Virus record (IMG/VR): IMGVR_UViG_3300017912_004110
Span: 1-37,485 of that record
DNA from: a virus
Lineage: Duplodnaviria > Caudoviricetes
Strand: one strand, 5' to 3'
DNA: 37,485 nucleotides
Part shown: positions 25,956 to 34,657 of the stretch, piece after piece
How the letters are laid out: every line of letters starts with the position of its first letter
How positions within the stretch are numbered: position 1 is the first letter of the stretch
Translations under genes and position numbers: made by a program
The notes under the pieces: generated by a model
Told to the model about the DNA's origin: nothing
The model's database searches: none
The model's input: the letters and a program-made list of their open reading frames with translations, nothing else

Positions 25956-25964
25956 GTATCTCAT
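25764..25964 (-). CDS. Hypothetical protein
   Basis: 66 aa beginning MRYSGGDPNLGNTG, with an upstream TAAAAT. Confidence 0.65.
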   Translation of the reverse strand: MRYSGGDPNLGNTGGMEILAVGIPYEKFGSINPQKQINQYDKLDTVRLLGNMNDAQRNGFANKRVF

Positions 25965-25989
25965 GTTCTTTTGTAGAACTTTTATTATT

Positions 25990-26157
25990 TTACTCTTCTA
26001 ATTTTGAATTTAATTTTTGAACAACAATTCCATCGCCCTTTAAATCCCATGTCAATAAATCTTCAGTCTCCCAGCCAAGTACCTCAATAACTTCTTCTGG
26101 AATTTGTAGAATTAAATCACCGTTTTGATCTTCTTCTAGCTCAATGTAATAGCTCAT
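25990..26157 (-). CDS. AbrB/MazE-like small DNA-binding protein (55 aa)
   Basis: Below the track cutoff; reads MSYYIELEEDQNGDLILQIPEEVIEVLGWETEDLLTWDLKGDGIVVQKLNSKLEE, a swapped-hairpin pattern. ATGA-coupled to the upstream gene. Confidence 0.75.
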   Translation of the reverse strand: MSYYIELEEDQNGDLILQIPEEVIEVLGWETEDLLTWDLKGDGIVVQKLNSKLEE

Positions 26158-26378
26158 TTGCTTAATAATCTTTCCATTAGTTTATCAAGCTTAACGTTAA
26201 TATTTTTAAACTCTATATTCATTCGTTCCATTTCACGAATGTAGTCTTGTTTTAAAACATATTCAAGAGGCATTCGATCAATGCGATCTTCAAGTGCCCG
26301 CATTCGATTGAAAACTTTACTAACAAACCAACCTCCTCCTGATACTAATGCAATGGCTGCAGCAATAAATTGTTCCAT
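26154..26378 (-). CDS. Small membrane-anchored coiled-coil protein (holin candidate)
   Basis: N-terminal hydrophobic helix followed by MPLEYVLKQDY...I..KLDKL. Confidence 0.6.
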   Translation of the reverse strand: MEQFIAAAIALVSGGGWFVSKVFNRMRALEDRIDRMPLEYVLKQDYIREMERMNIEFKNINVKLDKLMERLLSK

Positions 26379-26380
26379 GG

Positions 26381-27907
26381 TTAGAAATCAAGTTGAAGTT
26401 TGCCTCTTTTCATTAAGCCGTTAACCAACCATACTAAAGAATCGACGCAATCGTCGTGCGAGCTAACACCAAAATTTGTCAGCTCTTCAAACATGGTGGT
26501 GAAGTTACGGTACCTGTTAAATACTATTTTACGATCCTCAAACATTCCCATGATTCCTCTAAAACGTGCTAATTTGTCTGCACGAAATCCTTTGACTGGA
26601 TGCCAAATTAAATTATACAAATTTTCTTGATTTAAACAAACTCTTTTAAAATCTGCTTCCAAAGATGCTTGATACTGCACAGCCTCGGACCATATATCGC
26701 ATGTTGAATATGTTGGAAACCAAAGACCGTTTTCTTGTTTTCCAATAACTGACCAATCATGTAATAACTCTTTTAAAGCATCTAATTTTTCCAAATTACC
26801 CATTACTCTTAAACGCCTGTAATCAATAATATGAATTTTGTCTCCAATACGTCCTCCAAGAACCATTACGGTATAGTCATTCTTTTCTCTAGTTCCTGCA
26901 GACAAATCAACGCCAACGCCCAAACAATCAAATTCAGTGGCTATTTCAGCTTTAACTAAAAGCTCAGGTGCTAATGATAATTCATTTTGTCTGATAATTT
27001 GATTCATATATTGAAAAGAAAAAGCAATGGGAGCTTGCCTTTTCTTTTCTTTCAGGTAGTCTAGGGACCACATCTCTGGCCAGTATGACTCTTCTTCGCC
27101 TGTCTCCTCGTTATTTACGATCGCTGATAGGACGAGTTGCATCCAGTTGTTCTGTGGGCAGAACGTTGTGGCATGGATATCGTCATGACGGAATCGTGTC
27201 CCCAGGCAAATCGCACGGGCACCTTCAAACATTGTCGGAGCAATCACAGCGTTCCAGTTGTCCTGCATTGTCTTGCGAATGTCTGGGTTGCCAATATCGG
27301 CGGCAGATTTCACAGGGTCATCAATTATCACAAGCTGAGAACGCTTTGAAGTCACTGAACCCTTCAATCCAGCGGCGCATAAAGTAAATTGTTCTTCGCC
27401 AGTTGTATCAATGCCAGCAAACTTATGGTCGATAGACCAGTATTCATTGCTGGTGACATTTTTGAGTAGCTTAACGGTAGGAAAAACTTCTTGATATTTT
27501 TTTGATTCAATAATTCTTTTAATGGTGGCTGATTTTGATCTGGCAATGTCAACTGTGTAACTAAGATAAAGTATCTGTAATGGCCTTTTGGCCGCTGTAT
27601 GAATACCAATAGCCCATGCTGTATATAAACCTAATACGGTACTTTTAGCTGACCCCCTAGGTCCTAATAAATCAATATTAGGACCAGCAATTTTTATTAA
27701 ACAAGAGTTGTCTTGATTAGTTACTAATTGTTTATGCCATTCTTTATGATGCGCTGCTGGTGGTTTATCAGCTACATATTCACAAAAAAAGCCAAAGTCA
27801 TCTCTTGCTTTTTCTAATAAATGTTCGTCTTTGTTTTTACGAACACGATGATTCTTTGCCGCAGCCTGAGCATTGCGGCGATACGCCAAATGAAGATGAG
27901 AAGGCAT
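26381..27907 (-). CDS. terL: Terminase large subunit
   Basis: Walker A GPRGSAKST, Walker B LVIIDD, coupling motif GTRF, and nuclease residues in GVDLS, DYT and HDDCVDS. Confidence 0.95.
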   Translation of the reverse strand: MPSHLHLAYRRNAQAAAKNHRVRKNKDEHLLEKARDDFGFFCEYVADKPPAAHHKEWHKQLVTNQDNSCLIKIAGPNIDLLGPRGSAKSTVLGLYTAWAIGIHTAAKRPLQILYLSYTVDIARSKSATIKRIIESKKYQEVFPTVKLLKNVTSNEYWSIDHKFAGIDTTGEEQFTLCAAGLKGSVTSKRSQLVIIDDPVKSAADIGNPDIRKTMQDNWNAVIAPTMFEGARAICLGTRFRHDDIHATTFCPQNNWMQLVLSAIVNNEETGEEESYWPEMWSLDYLKEKKRQAPIAFSFQYMNQIIRQNELSLAPELLVKAEIATEFDCLGVGVDLSAGTREKNDYTVMVLGGRIGDKIHIIDYRRLRVMGNLEKLDALKELLHDWSVIGKQENGLWFPTYSTCDIWSEAVQYQASLEADFKRVCLNQENLYNLIWHPVKGFRADKLARFRGIMGMFEDRKIVFNRYRNFTTMFEELTNFGVSSHDDCVDSLVWLVNGLMKRGKLQLDF

Positions 27908-27932
27908 TATTTCTTATTTCTTACCTGTTTGA

Positions 27933-27943
27933 AGCTTAGCAGT
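27933..27943 (-). promoter_or_regulatory. Extended -10 promoter-like element for terL (ACTGCTAAGCT)
   Basis: Matches the element upstream of the capsid gene at 9 of 11 positions. Confidence 0.45.
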
Positions 27944-27969
27944 CTTATTAATTTTTAACCTGTTTTTAA

Positions 27970-28206
27970 TTATTGTTGATTTTCATCTTCTTCTTCAAGC
28001 TGCTCTTTTTCTTTATTTTTTTCATTAGGTACAGGATTATTTTGCTGCTGATTATTCGCCATATATTTTCCAGCAATTGGGATGTTTGTATTTGTGTCTT
28101 TATTCAAGATATCTGTTAAAAGTTTTAGCCCTGGAACTAATTCTCTATTGCGCTGCATTTGTGCAGCCATATTAATACTAGTTTTAGAGTTGAATTGGTT
28201 GTCCAT
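27970..28206 (-). CDS. Hypothetical protein
   Basis: 78 aa, N/Q/E-rich; contains IAGKY. Confidence 0.6.
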   Translation of the reverse strand: MDNQFNSKTSINMAAQMQRNRELVPGLKLLTDILNKDTNTNIPIAGKYMANNQQQNNPVPNEKNKEKEQLEEEDENQQ

Positions 28207-28208
28207 AG

Positions 28209-28841
28209 TTAATCTTCTTCGTATTGAATTCTAGCCCATACGCTCATCGATGCTTCATGCAAGGGAGCTTCAATTGGATCATCTCTAAAAATAGAAATAA
28301 TTTCTCTCATGGCCCTATCAGCTCCTGCCATTAATAATCCCTTGCGATCACGTGACGACACAAAAGATTCTACCTGTGCAATAGTAGATCGCAATTCTTT
28401 TTGCATTGCAGCAATACGTGCTACACCAGAATCACGTTTAACCGCATAATTTTCAATATCTTCACGTAATTTACGAATATCTATTTGCATTTCTTGAATT
28501 TCATTAAGCAATATTGCAAGGTGATCTGGCTTCTCATACGTAAGATTAAACCACGCATCGCAAGAAGTAATACTACCGCCATAGCCTAAAAACCTGGCGT
28601 ATAAATATACTTGTATTAATGAATATGTATCAGCAGCAAAAGAAAGAAAAGACTCTTTTGTTGCTGTATCTAAATTGTCTAGCCAGTGCTCAAAAACCTT
28701 TGCTTCTATATCAGAAAGTGTAGGCTCGATTAGCTTGCTGGAAATCCCGTGCTTCGTCTTTTTCACGGAATCGCTGAGCTTGCTCTGAGGAGGTTCGCTG
28801 CTCTTCGGCACCCTTTCCGATTGTCTGCCGTTCTTGTTCAC
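28209..28841 (-). CDS. Helical/coiled-coil protein (terminase small subunit candidate)
   Basis: 210 aa with a GTG start and GGAGG 6 nt upstream, two genes before terL. Function inferred from position only. Confidence 0.45.
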   Translation of the reverse strand: MNKNGRQSERVPKSSEPPQSKLSDSVKKTKHGISSKLIEPTLSDIEAKVFEHWLDNLDTATKESFLSFAADTYSLIQVYLYARFLGYGGSITSCDAWFNLTYEKPDHLAILLNEIQEMQIDIRKLREDIENYAVKRDSGVARIAAMQKELRSTIAQVESFVSSRDRKGLLMAGADRAMREIISIFRDDPIEAPLHEASMSVWARIQYEED

Positions 28842-28965
28842 CGGCTTCCTCCATTTTCTTCTTACTAAAATCGTAGGCTACACCAGCGGCTTGCTTGTAT
28901 TTGTCAAGATCAAACCAATCGTCATCTGCATACGTATCATCGACATTAGAAAATGACGAAGTCAT
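28711..28965 (-). CDS. Small charged helical protein
   Basis: 84 aa with GEQERQT / AEEQRTS repeats. Confidence 0.65.
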   Translation of the reverse strand: MTSSFSNVDDTYADDDWFDLDKYKQAAGVAYDFSKKKMEEAGEQERQTIGKGAEEQRTSSEQAQRFREKDEARDFQQANRAYTF

Positions 28966-28990
28966 GGTAGTAGCCTACTAATAAATTAGA

Positions 28991-29197
28991 TCAGAAGTTG
29001 CTCATCATAGAAGCTAAACCGCCTGCATAGAGGTCACGACGACCTTCAACAGAACGCTGACGCTGCTGAGCCTTTTTGGAACGGGTCAAACGATTAAGAA
29101 GCTCTTGGAAATCAGTAAGATTTACCGAAGGCTCATTTTCATAATTACCGCCGGTTCCACTTCCACTGAAGTCCATTGCTGTAGGATTTGTTGACAT
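28991..29197 (-). CDS. Hypothetical protein
   Basis: 68 aa with an upstream TATAAT; ends GGLASMMSNF. Confidence 0.65.
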   Translation of the reverse strand: MSTNPTAMDFSGSGTGGNYENEPSVNLTDFQELLNRLTRSKKAQQRQRSVEGRRDLYAGGLASMMSNF

Positions 29198-29235
29198 TTG
29201 AGATAAAAACCACTTAATAATTATATTAACTTAGG

Positions 29236-30513
29236 TTAACTCCAGAACCCAGCAACTAGTCCTCCATAAATTTGACCTTCTAATCCTCGTCTTGCTCGAT
29301 ACTTATCGGCTTGAGCCTGAATGTTAGCTATGGTTTTACTTGCTTCAGTTTGCAATTCAATGCCTGAAACTGTATATCCTCCGCGAATGTTCTCTACTGC
29401 AGCCAATCCACTATTGACAATATCTTGCAAATCAATTGCACCTTTATTTTTTAACTTTTGAACACCTGATGCAGTGGCTGCTGATAAATTAGCTTGATAT
29501 ATCGCAACTCCCGACGCAGTATCTGCTTCATACCTTCTAATACCAGATTCCATATTTGAGCTATATTCTACGCCCGAAAACCTCATCAGGTTTCCATAAT
29601 CAGTAGAAGCTGCAAATCTGTCCTGAACACCTGAGTTAATAATTGCTAACCTTTCGTCAATAATACCTTGTTGTCTAATTCGATCTATATCTTGTAAATG
29701 CTCAATAGTATCGATAGGCAGTGCCTCTGTTACCTCTTTGCCATCTTTATTTATATACGTATATTCATATACATTATCGGTATCGTAACTAAAGGCAGGA
29801 CTTTCATAAGTTGGCATATTTTCCAGGATTGGATTTAGCATTTCAGAAATCAAATCCCTAAGTTCATCGGGATCTAATCCAACTGTTGGTAAAGGATCTC
29901 CACCTGCACCTGGCGTTGGACCTGCACCTGGATTATTTTTTGGGTCATCGACTGTTTCTTCTTCTGGTGTTGTTCCTGGTGTTGGACCGCCAGGGAATTG
30001 ACCAGGAGGAGTTTCCGGTACAAACGGATCTTTGAGATCTACTGCACCTCCAGGCGGGGTAAAGCCTCCAGGTCCATAAATCTTGTCATATGTACCTGGG
30101 TCAAAATCCGCCATATAAGCTCTATCTGACGGATCAGACAGATCATAAGTTGCGCCTGTATTACCTCCTATAACCGTGCCTGTGCGATAATCAGTTTCAT
30201 CCATCTCATCAACAGGCTTCTGGTTATTGTTCGACCCAAACCCGGCAGTAAATGTATTGCGATCAAATGCATTGCTAGGAGGAATTGGTGCAATTTGAGG
30301 ACTTGGCCAGCTAGGGTCTCTGCCTTTATTTTTATTTTTTGCTACATATTTATCTAAAAATGCTTGTACTTTGCTATTTTTCCCAAGCTTGTCTGGATTG
30401 TTTCGTATAAATTTCCCGACTTTCTTTTCACTAATGCCGCTTTCTAATGCGCTCCTTGCATCATCCTTTGTAAACTTACCGTCTTTAACGTATTGAGTAT
30501 ACCAATTAGCCAT
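29236..30513 (-). CDS. Putative internal virion / ejection protein
   Basis: 425 aa with a basic N-terminus, P/G-rich linker, long amphipathic helical C-terminus and terminal YGGLVAGFWS. Confidence 0.5.
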   Translation of the reverse strand: MANWYTQYVKDGKFTKDDARSALESGISEKKVGKFIRNNPDKLGKNSKVQAFLDKYVAKNKNKGRDPSWPSPQIAPIPPSNAFDRNTFTAGFGSNNNQKPVDEMDETDYRTGTVIGGNTGATYDLSDPSDRAYMADFDPGTYDKIYGPGGFTPPGGAVDLKDPFVPETPPGQFPGGPTPGTTPEEETVDDPKNNPGAGPTPGAGGDPLPTVGLDPDELRDLISEMLNPILENMPTYESPAFSYDTDNVYEYTYINKDGKEVTEALPIDTIEHLQDIDRIRQQGIIDERLAIINSGVQDRFAASTDYGNLMRFSGVEYSSNMESGIRRYEADTASGVAIYQANLSAATASGVQKLKNKGAIDLQDIVNSGLAAVENIRGGYTVSGIELQTEASKTIANIQAQADKYRARRGLEGQIYGGLVAGFWS

Positions 30514-30514
30514 T

Positions 30515-31264
30515 TTAAGCTACTCCATATTGTTGGCCATAACTCATTTTAGGCCTAATAGTTGACATTCCACCAATTGGATTAACTAAATAACTCCTAG
30601 ATCCATCTGGATTATAACCAAATCCTCCATACCTTGCAGCCAGCTGGCGTTCTCCAGGTGCATAGTCTGACTTACCTCTGCCTTCAAAAGAACTAGCTAC
30701 TTCACTATTCACAAAACTTGAAAACTCCATTGGTGATTTATCGAGACCTAATACCCGTGCTTGCTGGCGTAAAGCTTTGATTTCTTTATTTGTACCTTGA
30801 CGCATTAAATTAGTACTAAATGCATTTTGAGCAATCTGATCCATAGTTTGAATTCCAATATCTCTTTGCAAAAACTTACCGTATTTATTTGTTGCATAAA
30901 ATTCACTATTTGGTTTAAATGCAGTAGAAAATGCAGCTTGTGCATCATAAAAATCCATATCGCCTGATTTTACTGCCCCAAAAATATTGTCGGCATAATT
31001 TTGAGAACGCAAGCTATCCTTAAAATCTTTTTTGCCATCCATAAAAATATTGTTTACATAATTATCTAAAAAATTAGTTGTTGGACTTTCATAGTTCAGA
31101 AATTTTTGCAACATTTGCATCTGAGCTTTATATGGATTACTTCCTCCTCCACTTGACGAACTACTTCTTCCTCCTCCAAAAAGACTTCCTAAAAGTTTAC
31201 TTGCTGCCCAACCACCTGCACTTGATGCGGCTCCACCGATAAAAGCAGGTAATAGAGCAACCAT
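30515..31264 (-). CDS. Putative ejection / pilot-like protein
   Basis: N-terminal MVALLPAFIGGAASSAGGWAASKLLGSLFGGGRSSSSS resembles DNA-pilot/ejection protein N-termini. Confidence 0.5.
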   Translation of the reverse strand: MVALLPAFIGGAASSAGGWAASKLLGSLFGGGRSSSSSGGGSNPYKAQMQMLQKFLNYESPTTNFLDNYVNNIFMDGKKDFKDSLRSQNYADNIFGAVKSGDMDFYDAQAAFSTAFKPNSEFYATNKYGKFLQRDIGIQTMDQIAQNAFSTNLMRQGTNKEIKALRQQARVLGLDKSPMEFSSFVNSEVASSFEGRGKSDYAPGERQLAARYGGFGYNPDGSRSYLVNPIGGMSTIRPKMSYGQQYGVA

Positions 31265-31293
31265 TCTCTTGTATCCTTTATATATTAATAATA

Positions 31294-31839
31294 CTAAACG
31301 CCGTAAATCTGCTTACTTGCCATATTAGCAAGATGCATATAACCAGGTGCAGTCCCTGCAAGTGCTGTTTTAAAACGTTGGGCATTACCAATTCGTGCTA
31401 ATTTACTTTGACCAGCAAACTGTGCATTACGAATTGCACGTAAACGTCTAGCGGCCGCTGCATCTTCACCTGCATTGCCTGCTGCAAAGCCGCGTGACAT
31501 GCCAATAGTGCTTCCAATAATACTAGAGCCTAAAGCTTCAAATGCGCCGTCACGAAGATTGCTGGCCAGCATTTGACCTGTAGCTCCAGCAAGTGGTCCA
31601 GCAGCTCCTAAGACTCCTCCTCCTAGGCCTCCGAGAAGACCTTTTCCAAAAGCACCAAATGCATTATTAAAAATACTTCCTAACCCTGTAGATTGTGGAG
31701 CTTGAGCAAAGCCGGGATTGCCTATAAAGGCTGAACTTCCTTGATCATAAATATCTTGTTGTGCTTCTGCATAGTCATCAGGAAATGCAGTTGCAGGATC
31801 AAATCCTAAATCAAAGTAATCACCGCTAATTACAGTCAT
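31294..31839 (-). CDS. Gly/Ala-rich protein with glycine-zipper segments
   Basis: 181 aa; GLLGGLGGGVLGAAGPLAG. Confidence 0.65.
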   Translation of the reverse strand: MTVISGDYFDLGFDPATAFPDDYAEAQQDIYDQGSSAFIGNPGFAQAPQSTGLGSIFNNAFGAFGKGLLGGLGGGVLGAAGPLAGATGQMLASNLRDGAFEALGSSIIGSTIGMSRGFAAGNAGEDAAAARRLRAIRNAQFAGQSKLARIGNAQRFKTALAGTAPGYMHLANMASKQIYGV

Positions 31840-32423
31840 GATGTTAACCCCTGATAATAATCAAAACGTGGTTTGGCCGCTTCTGCTCCGGCCCTAAATC
31901 CTTCAGCTAAACCGCGTGTAGCACCTGAAATCATTTCTGGATAATAAGCGGCTCTTGATGCATATGCTTTTAGTAGCATATCAGGTAAACCTTTTAAGAG
32001 AAAACCTGCAACATTGGACTGAAGGCCCAGTTGTTGTTGACGCTGTGCACGACGTTCTTCAAATGGCTCAACCGCCGCAAGTTGTTTAGCTAAGGTTTCT
32101 GGAGAATTTAGATAACGCTGAAGATCATAAAGTCGTTTTTCTTTCTCTACTATTAATCTAGCTACATCATTGGTGCTCATTCCGCTTTTGTCTTCACCTT
32201 CAAAACTATCGCCTTGATTTGAAGTAGTAGAAGCTGTTGATTGTTTATTACCTTGATTTAAATCTGGATCTTGATCTGGATAATAAGGCATTTGCTGAAA
32301 TGCTCCATTGTTATTTTTATCTTGTGACATTAACAACAATGTAGCGGCTGGTATAAATTGACTGCCAAACGATTCTCCTCGATAACTAGGCTGCATATAA
32401 GGAGATTGAAATAAACTCGTCAT
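31836..32423 (-). CDS. Hypothetical protein
   Basis: 195 aa, ATGA-coupled to the next gene. Confidence 0.65.
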   Translation of the reverse strand: MTSLFQSPYMQPSYRGESFGSQFIPAATLLLMSQDKNNNGAFQQMPYYPDQDPDLNQGNKQSTASTTSNQGDSFEGEDKSGMSTNDVARLIVEKEKRLYDLQRYLNSPETLAKQLAAVEPFEERRAQRQQQLGLQSNVAGFLLKGLPDMLLKAYASRAAYYPEMISGATRGLAEGFRAGAEAAKPRFDYYQGLTS

Positions 32424-32425
32424 GA

Positions 32426-33541
32426 TTATCCGAAGTTAATTTGAGGTGCCCTCATTACATTATTTGCATAAGGGTTGCTAGCAAGCGCTGTACGGAAGTT
32501 TGCACCCGCTTGCTCTTGTGCACCTTGAGCAAGTTTACCTGCCGTAGCAAGTGTTCCTAACATTGCCATATTACCAGTCATTGTATTAGACATCGCCTGA
32601 TTACGTACTAACTCATTACGTTTCATACGTTCAATAATAGGCTCTTGACGTTTTAAAGATTGAATCATTAAGTCTTGTTCAAACTTCATTAAATCTTGAA
32701 TAGCTGCTTTGTTTTGATCTAATTGTGCTTGATTAATCCGTAAATCAACTGCGGCATCTTTTTCACGCGTTGTACGACCAGCTGCTTTTTGTGCTGCTTC
32801 AGAATCAGATCCCTTTGGTGCCGTACCTGTTGCCTCCGCATAAGCAGTCTCAGCTCTGTCGCCTAACATACCGCCAATAGCAGGACTTGCTACAGTCAAA
32901 AGGCCTCCAACTACTTTGGCTGGCATACTACGGCTTCTCATTAAAGCTGCTCCAGTAGCGGCTAATCCGCCTCCTGTAGCTGCAGATGTAGCACCACCAA
33001 CCATATTGCCTTGCAACATCTCACCAATGCCACCACTTGCTCCGTATAAAGTACTTCCTCCAAGTAAAAGACCGCGATCCATTAACGCATTCTTCATTGG
33101 ATTAGGACCCTGAGGACCACGGGGAGCTGGTTTACCTTTTCCACCACCTGAACCGCCTTTCTTACCGCTTCCACCACCTGCGTTTCCACCTGTTGGGGGT
33201 GGAGTGCCACCTCCGCTTCCCCCAAAATATCGATTTACTGCTGTTGGAGGTACGTTACCACCTGAACCGCCTCCAAAATATTGGCTTACTGGTGAAGCCG
33301 CTTGAGCCATGCCACCCTGATTTCCAACATTCATACCCATCCCTTGAAATGTATTCATTAAAGGATTGGTAATGCCACCCATACGCTGACCGATTTGCGC
33401 TAACCTTGGTTTTACATTTGAAGTCAAGGCACTTACACTTTGACCAGCAGCACCCATCAAATCCTGCATACTACGATTCAAGTAGCCGCCTTGATTTAGC
33501 CCCATTTGATAAAGTACGCCTTGCTGCTGATCTGCTGACAT
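32426..33541 (-). CDS. Gly-rich protein with hydrophobic segments and a C-terminal coiled coil (ejection-protein-like)
   Basis: 371 aa; duplicated YFGG.SGG...PPT motif, Gly-zipper region and helical C-terminus. Confidence 0.6.
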   Translation of the reverse strand: MSADQQQGVLYQMGLNQGGYLNRSMQDLMGAAGQSVSALTSNVKPRLAQIGQRMGGITNPLMNTFQGMGMNVGNQGGMAQAASPVSQYFGGGSGGNVPPTAVNRYFGGSGGGTPPPTGGNAGGGSGKKGGSGGGKGKPAPRGPQGPNPMKNALMDRGLLLGGSTLYGASGGIGEMLQGNMVGGATSAATGGGLAATGAALMRSRSMPAKVVGGLLTVASPAIGGMLGDRAETAYAEATGTAPKGSDSEAAQKAAGRTTREKDAAVDLRINQAQLDQNKAAIQDLMKFEQDLMIQSLKRQEPIIERMKRNELVRNQAMSNTMTGNMAMLGTLATAGKLAQGAQEQAGANFRTALASNPYANNVMRAPQINFG

Positions 33542-33589
33542 TTTCTTTCTAATTACTACTTTTAAATAAATTCTACTTTAACCAACTTA

Positions 33590-34657
33590 TTAATAAACAC
33601 CATATTCATCTGTATTTGGTCCGATATTACGTGCTCCTGTTGCAATTAGTGCATTGCTCATTTTTCCTGCTAACACACCTGTTACAGCACCAGCTAAACC
33701 AATAGCAGCTTGTTTATAAGGTGAGCGTCCGCGTAATTGTTGCAGACCAGGGATTTCTTCTCCTGTTTTTTTATTTACAATTACAGTCTCACGTGTATTA
33801 ATAACATCTCTTGGTGATGGACCCATTGGTTGATTATTAACCATAGGGACAGTATCTATCCTAGTTTTACCTGGGAAAAACTTTTGTGCTGCAACTCCAC
33901 CAGCAATGGCTCCGGCAGCTTCTAATCCAATAGGAAAGCCGCCTAACAACATCTCAGGTTTTCCTTCTAAATTCTCTCCTGTAAATTTAATTAGACCAAG
34001 TCCTGTTGGACCTTTATCTTGATACAAATACCTCATATAATTTGCATAACGCTCTGGTGTTAGATCAGGAATATCTTCTTTTGCTGTAGCGTATTTTAAT
34101 GGCTGGCCACGGCGTCCCATTAAACGTTGTACACCTTCAAGAAAAGGTTGTTCAGTTTCTCGACGATCATCTGTACCAATAGGAGAATAATCTTGTGCAA
34201 AACCTTTCGGCCTAAAACCTTCACCTGGATTTGCTAAATTTAAAACACCTAACGTCCCAGCAACAGGAATGCCAACAGTAGCAAGATTAACTAAACTACG
34301 ATCAGCAGGCATATAACGATTTAAAGTTGGGCCTGCTTGGGCATCCATTAACATGTCGCCTGATTGACTAGGATGATTCCTATTCCACCATTCACGCATC
34401 GTTCCGGCAGAACCAATATCATCTACTATCATTCGCGCAACATTACCAGCAAAACGCTTTGGTGTTTTAAGAGGAGTAATACCTTCTTCTGCCAACATTC
34501 CATAAGCACCACCTGCTAAAAACGGAAGCGAAGAACGACTGTATTGCTTAGGTGCTTCTTTTCCAAGTTGCGGTTTATATTTTAAATCTTGTTCTGCAAT
34601 GCGCTTACTTCGCAACGGAACATCTTTTAAAAAACCTTGCCGAAAGCCCATTGTCAT
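33590..34657 (-). CDS. Hypothetical protein with Gly-zipper segments
   Basis: 355 aa, ATGA-coupled to the upstream gene. Confidence 0.7.
   Translation of the reverse strand: MTMGFRQGFLKDVPLRSKRIAEQDLKYKPQLGKEAPKQYSRSSLPFLAGGAYGMLAEEGITPLKTPKRFAGNVARMIVDDIGSAGTMREWWNRNHPSQSGDMLMDAQAGPTLNRYMPADRSLVNLATVGIPVAGTLGVLNLANPGEGFRPKGFAQDYSPIGTDDRRETEQPFLEGVQRLMGRRGQPLKYATAKEDIPDLTPERYANYMRYLYQDKGPTGLGLIKFTGENLEGKPEMLLGGFPIGLEAAGAIAGGVAAQKFFPGKTRIDTVPMVNNQPMGPSPRDVINTRETVIVNKKTGEEIPGLQQLRGRSPYKQAAIGLAGAVTGVLAGKMSNALIATGARNIGPNTDEYGVY

Noticed and set aside
25990-26157. AbrB/MazE-like gene as the antitoxin of a toxin-antitoxin pair
   Set aside because: Neither neighbour resembles a MazF, VapC or other known toxin.
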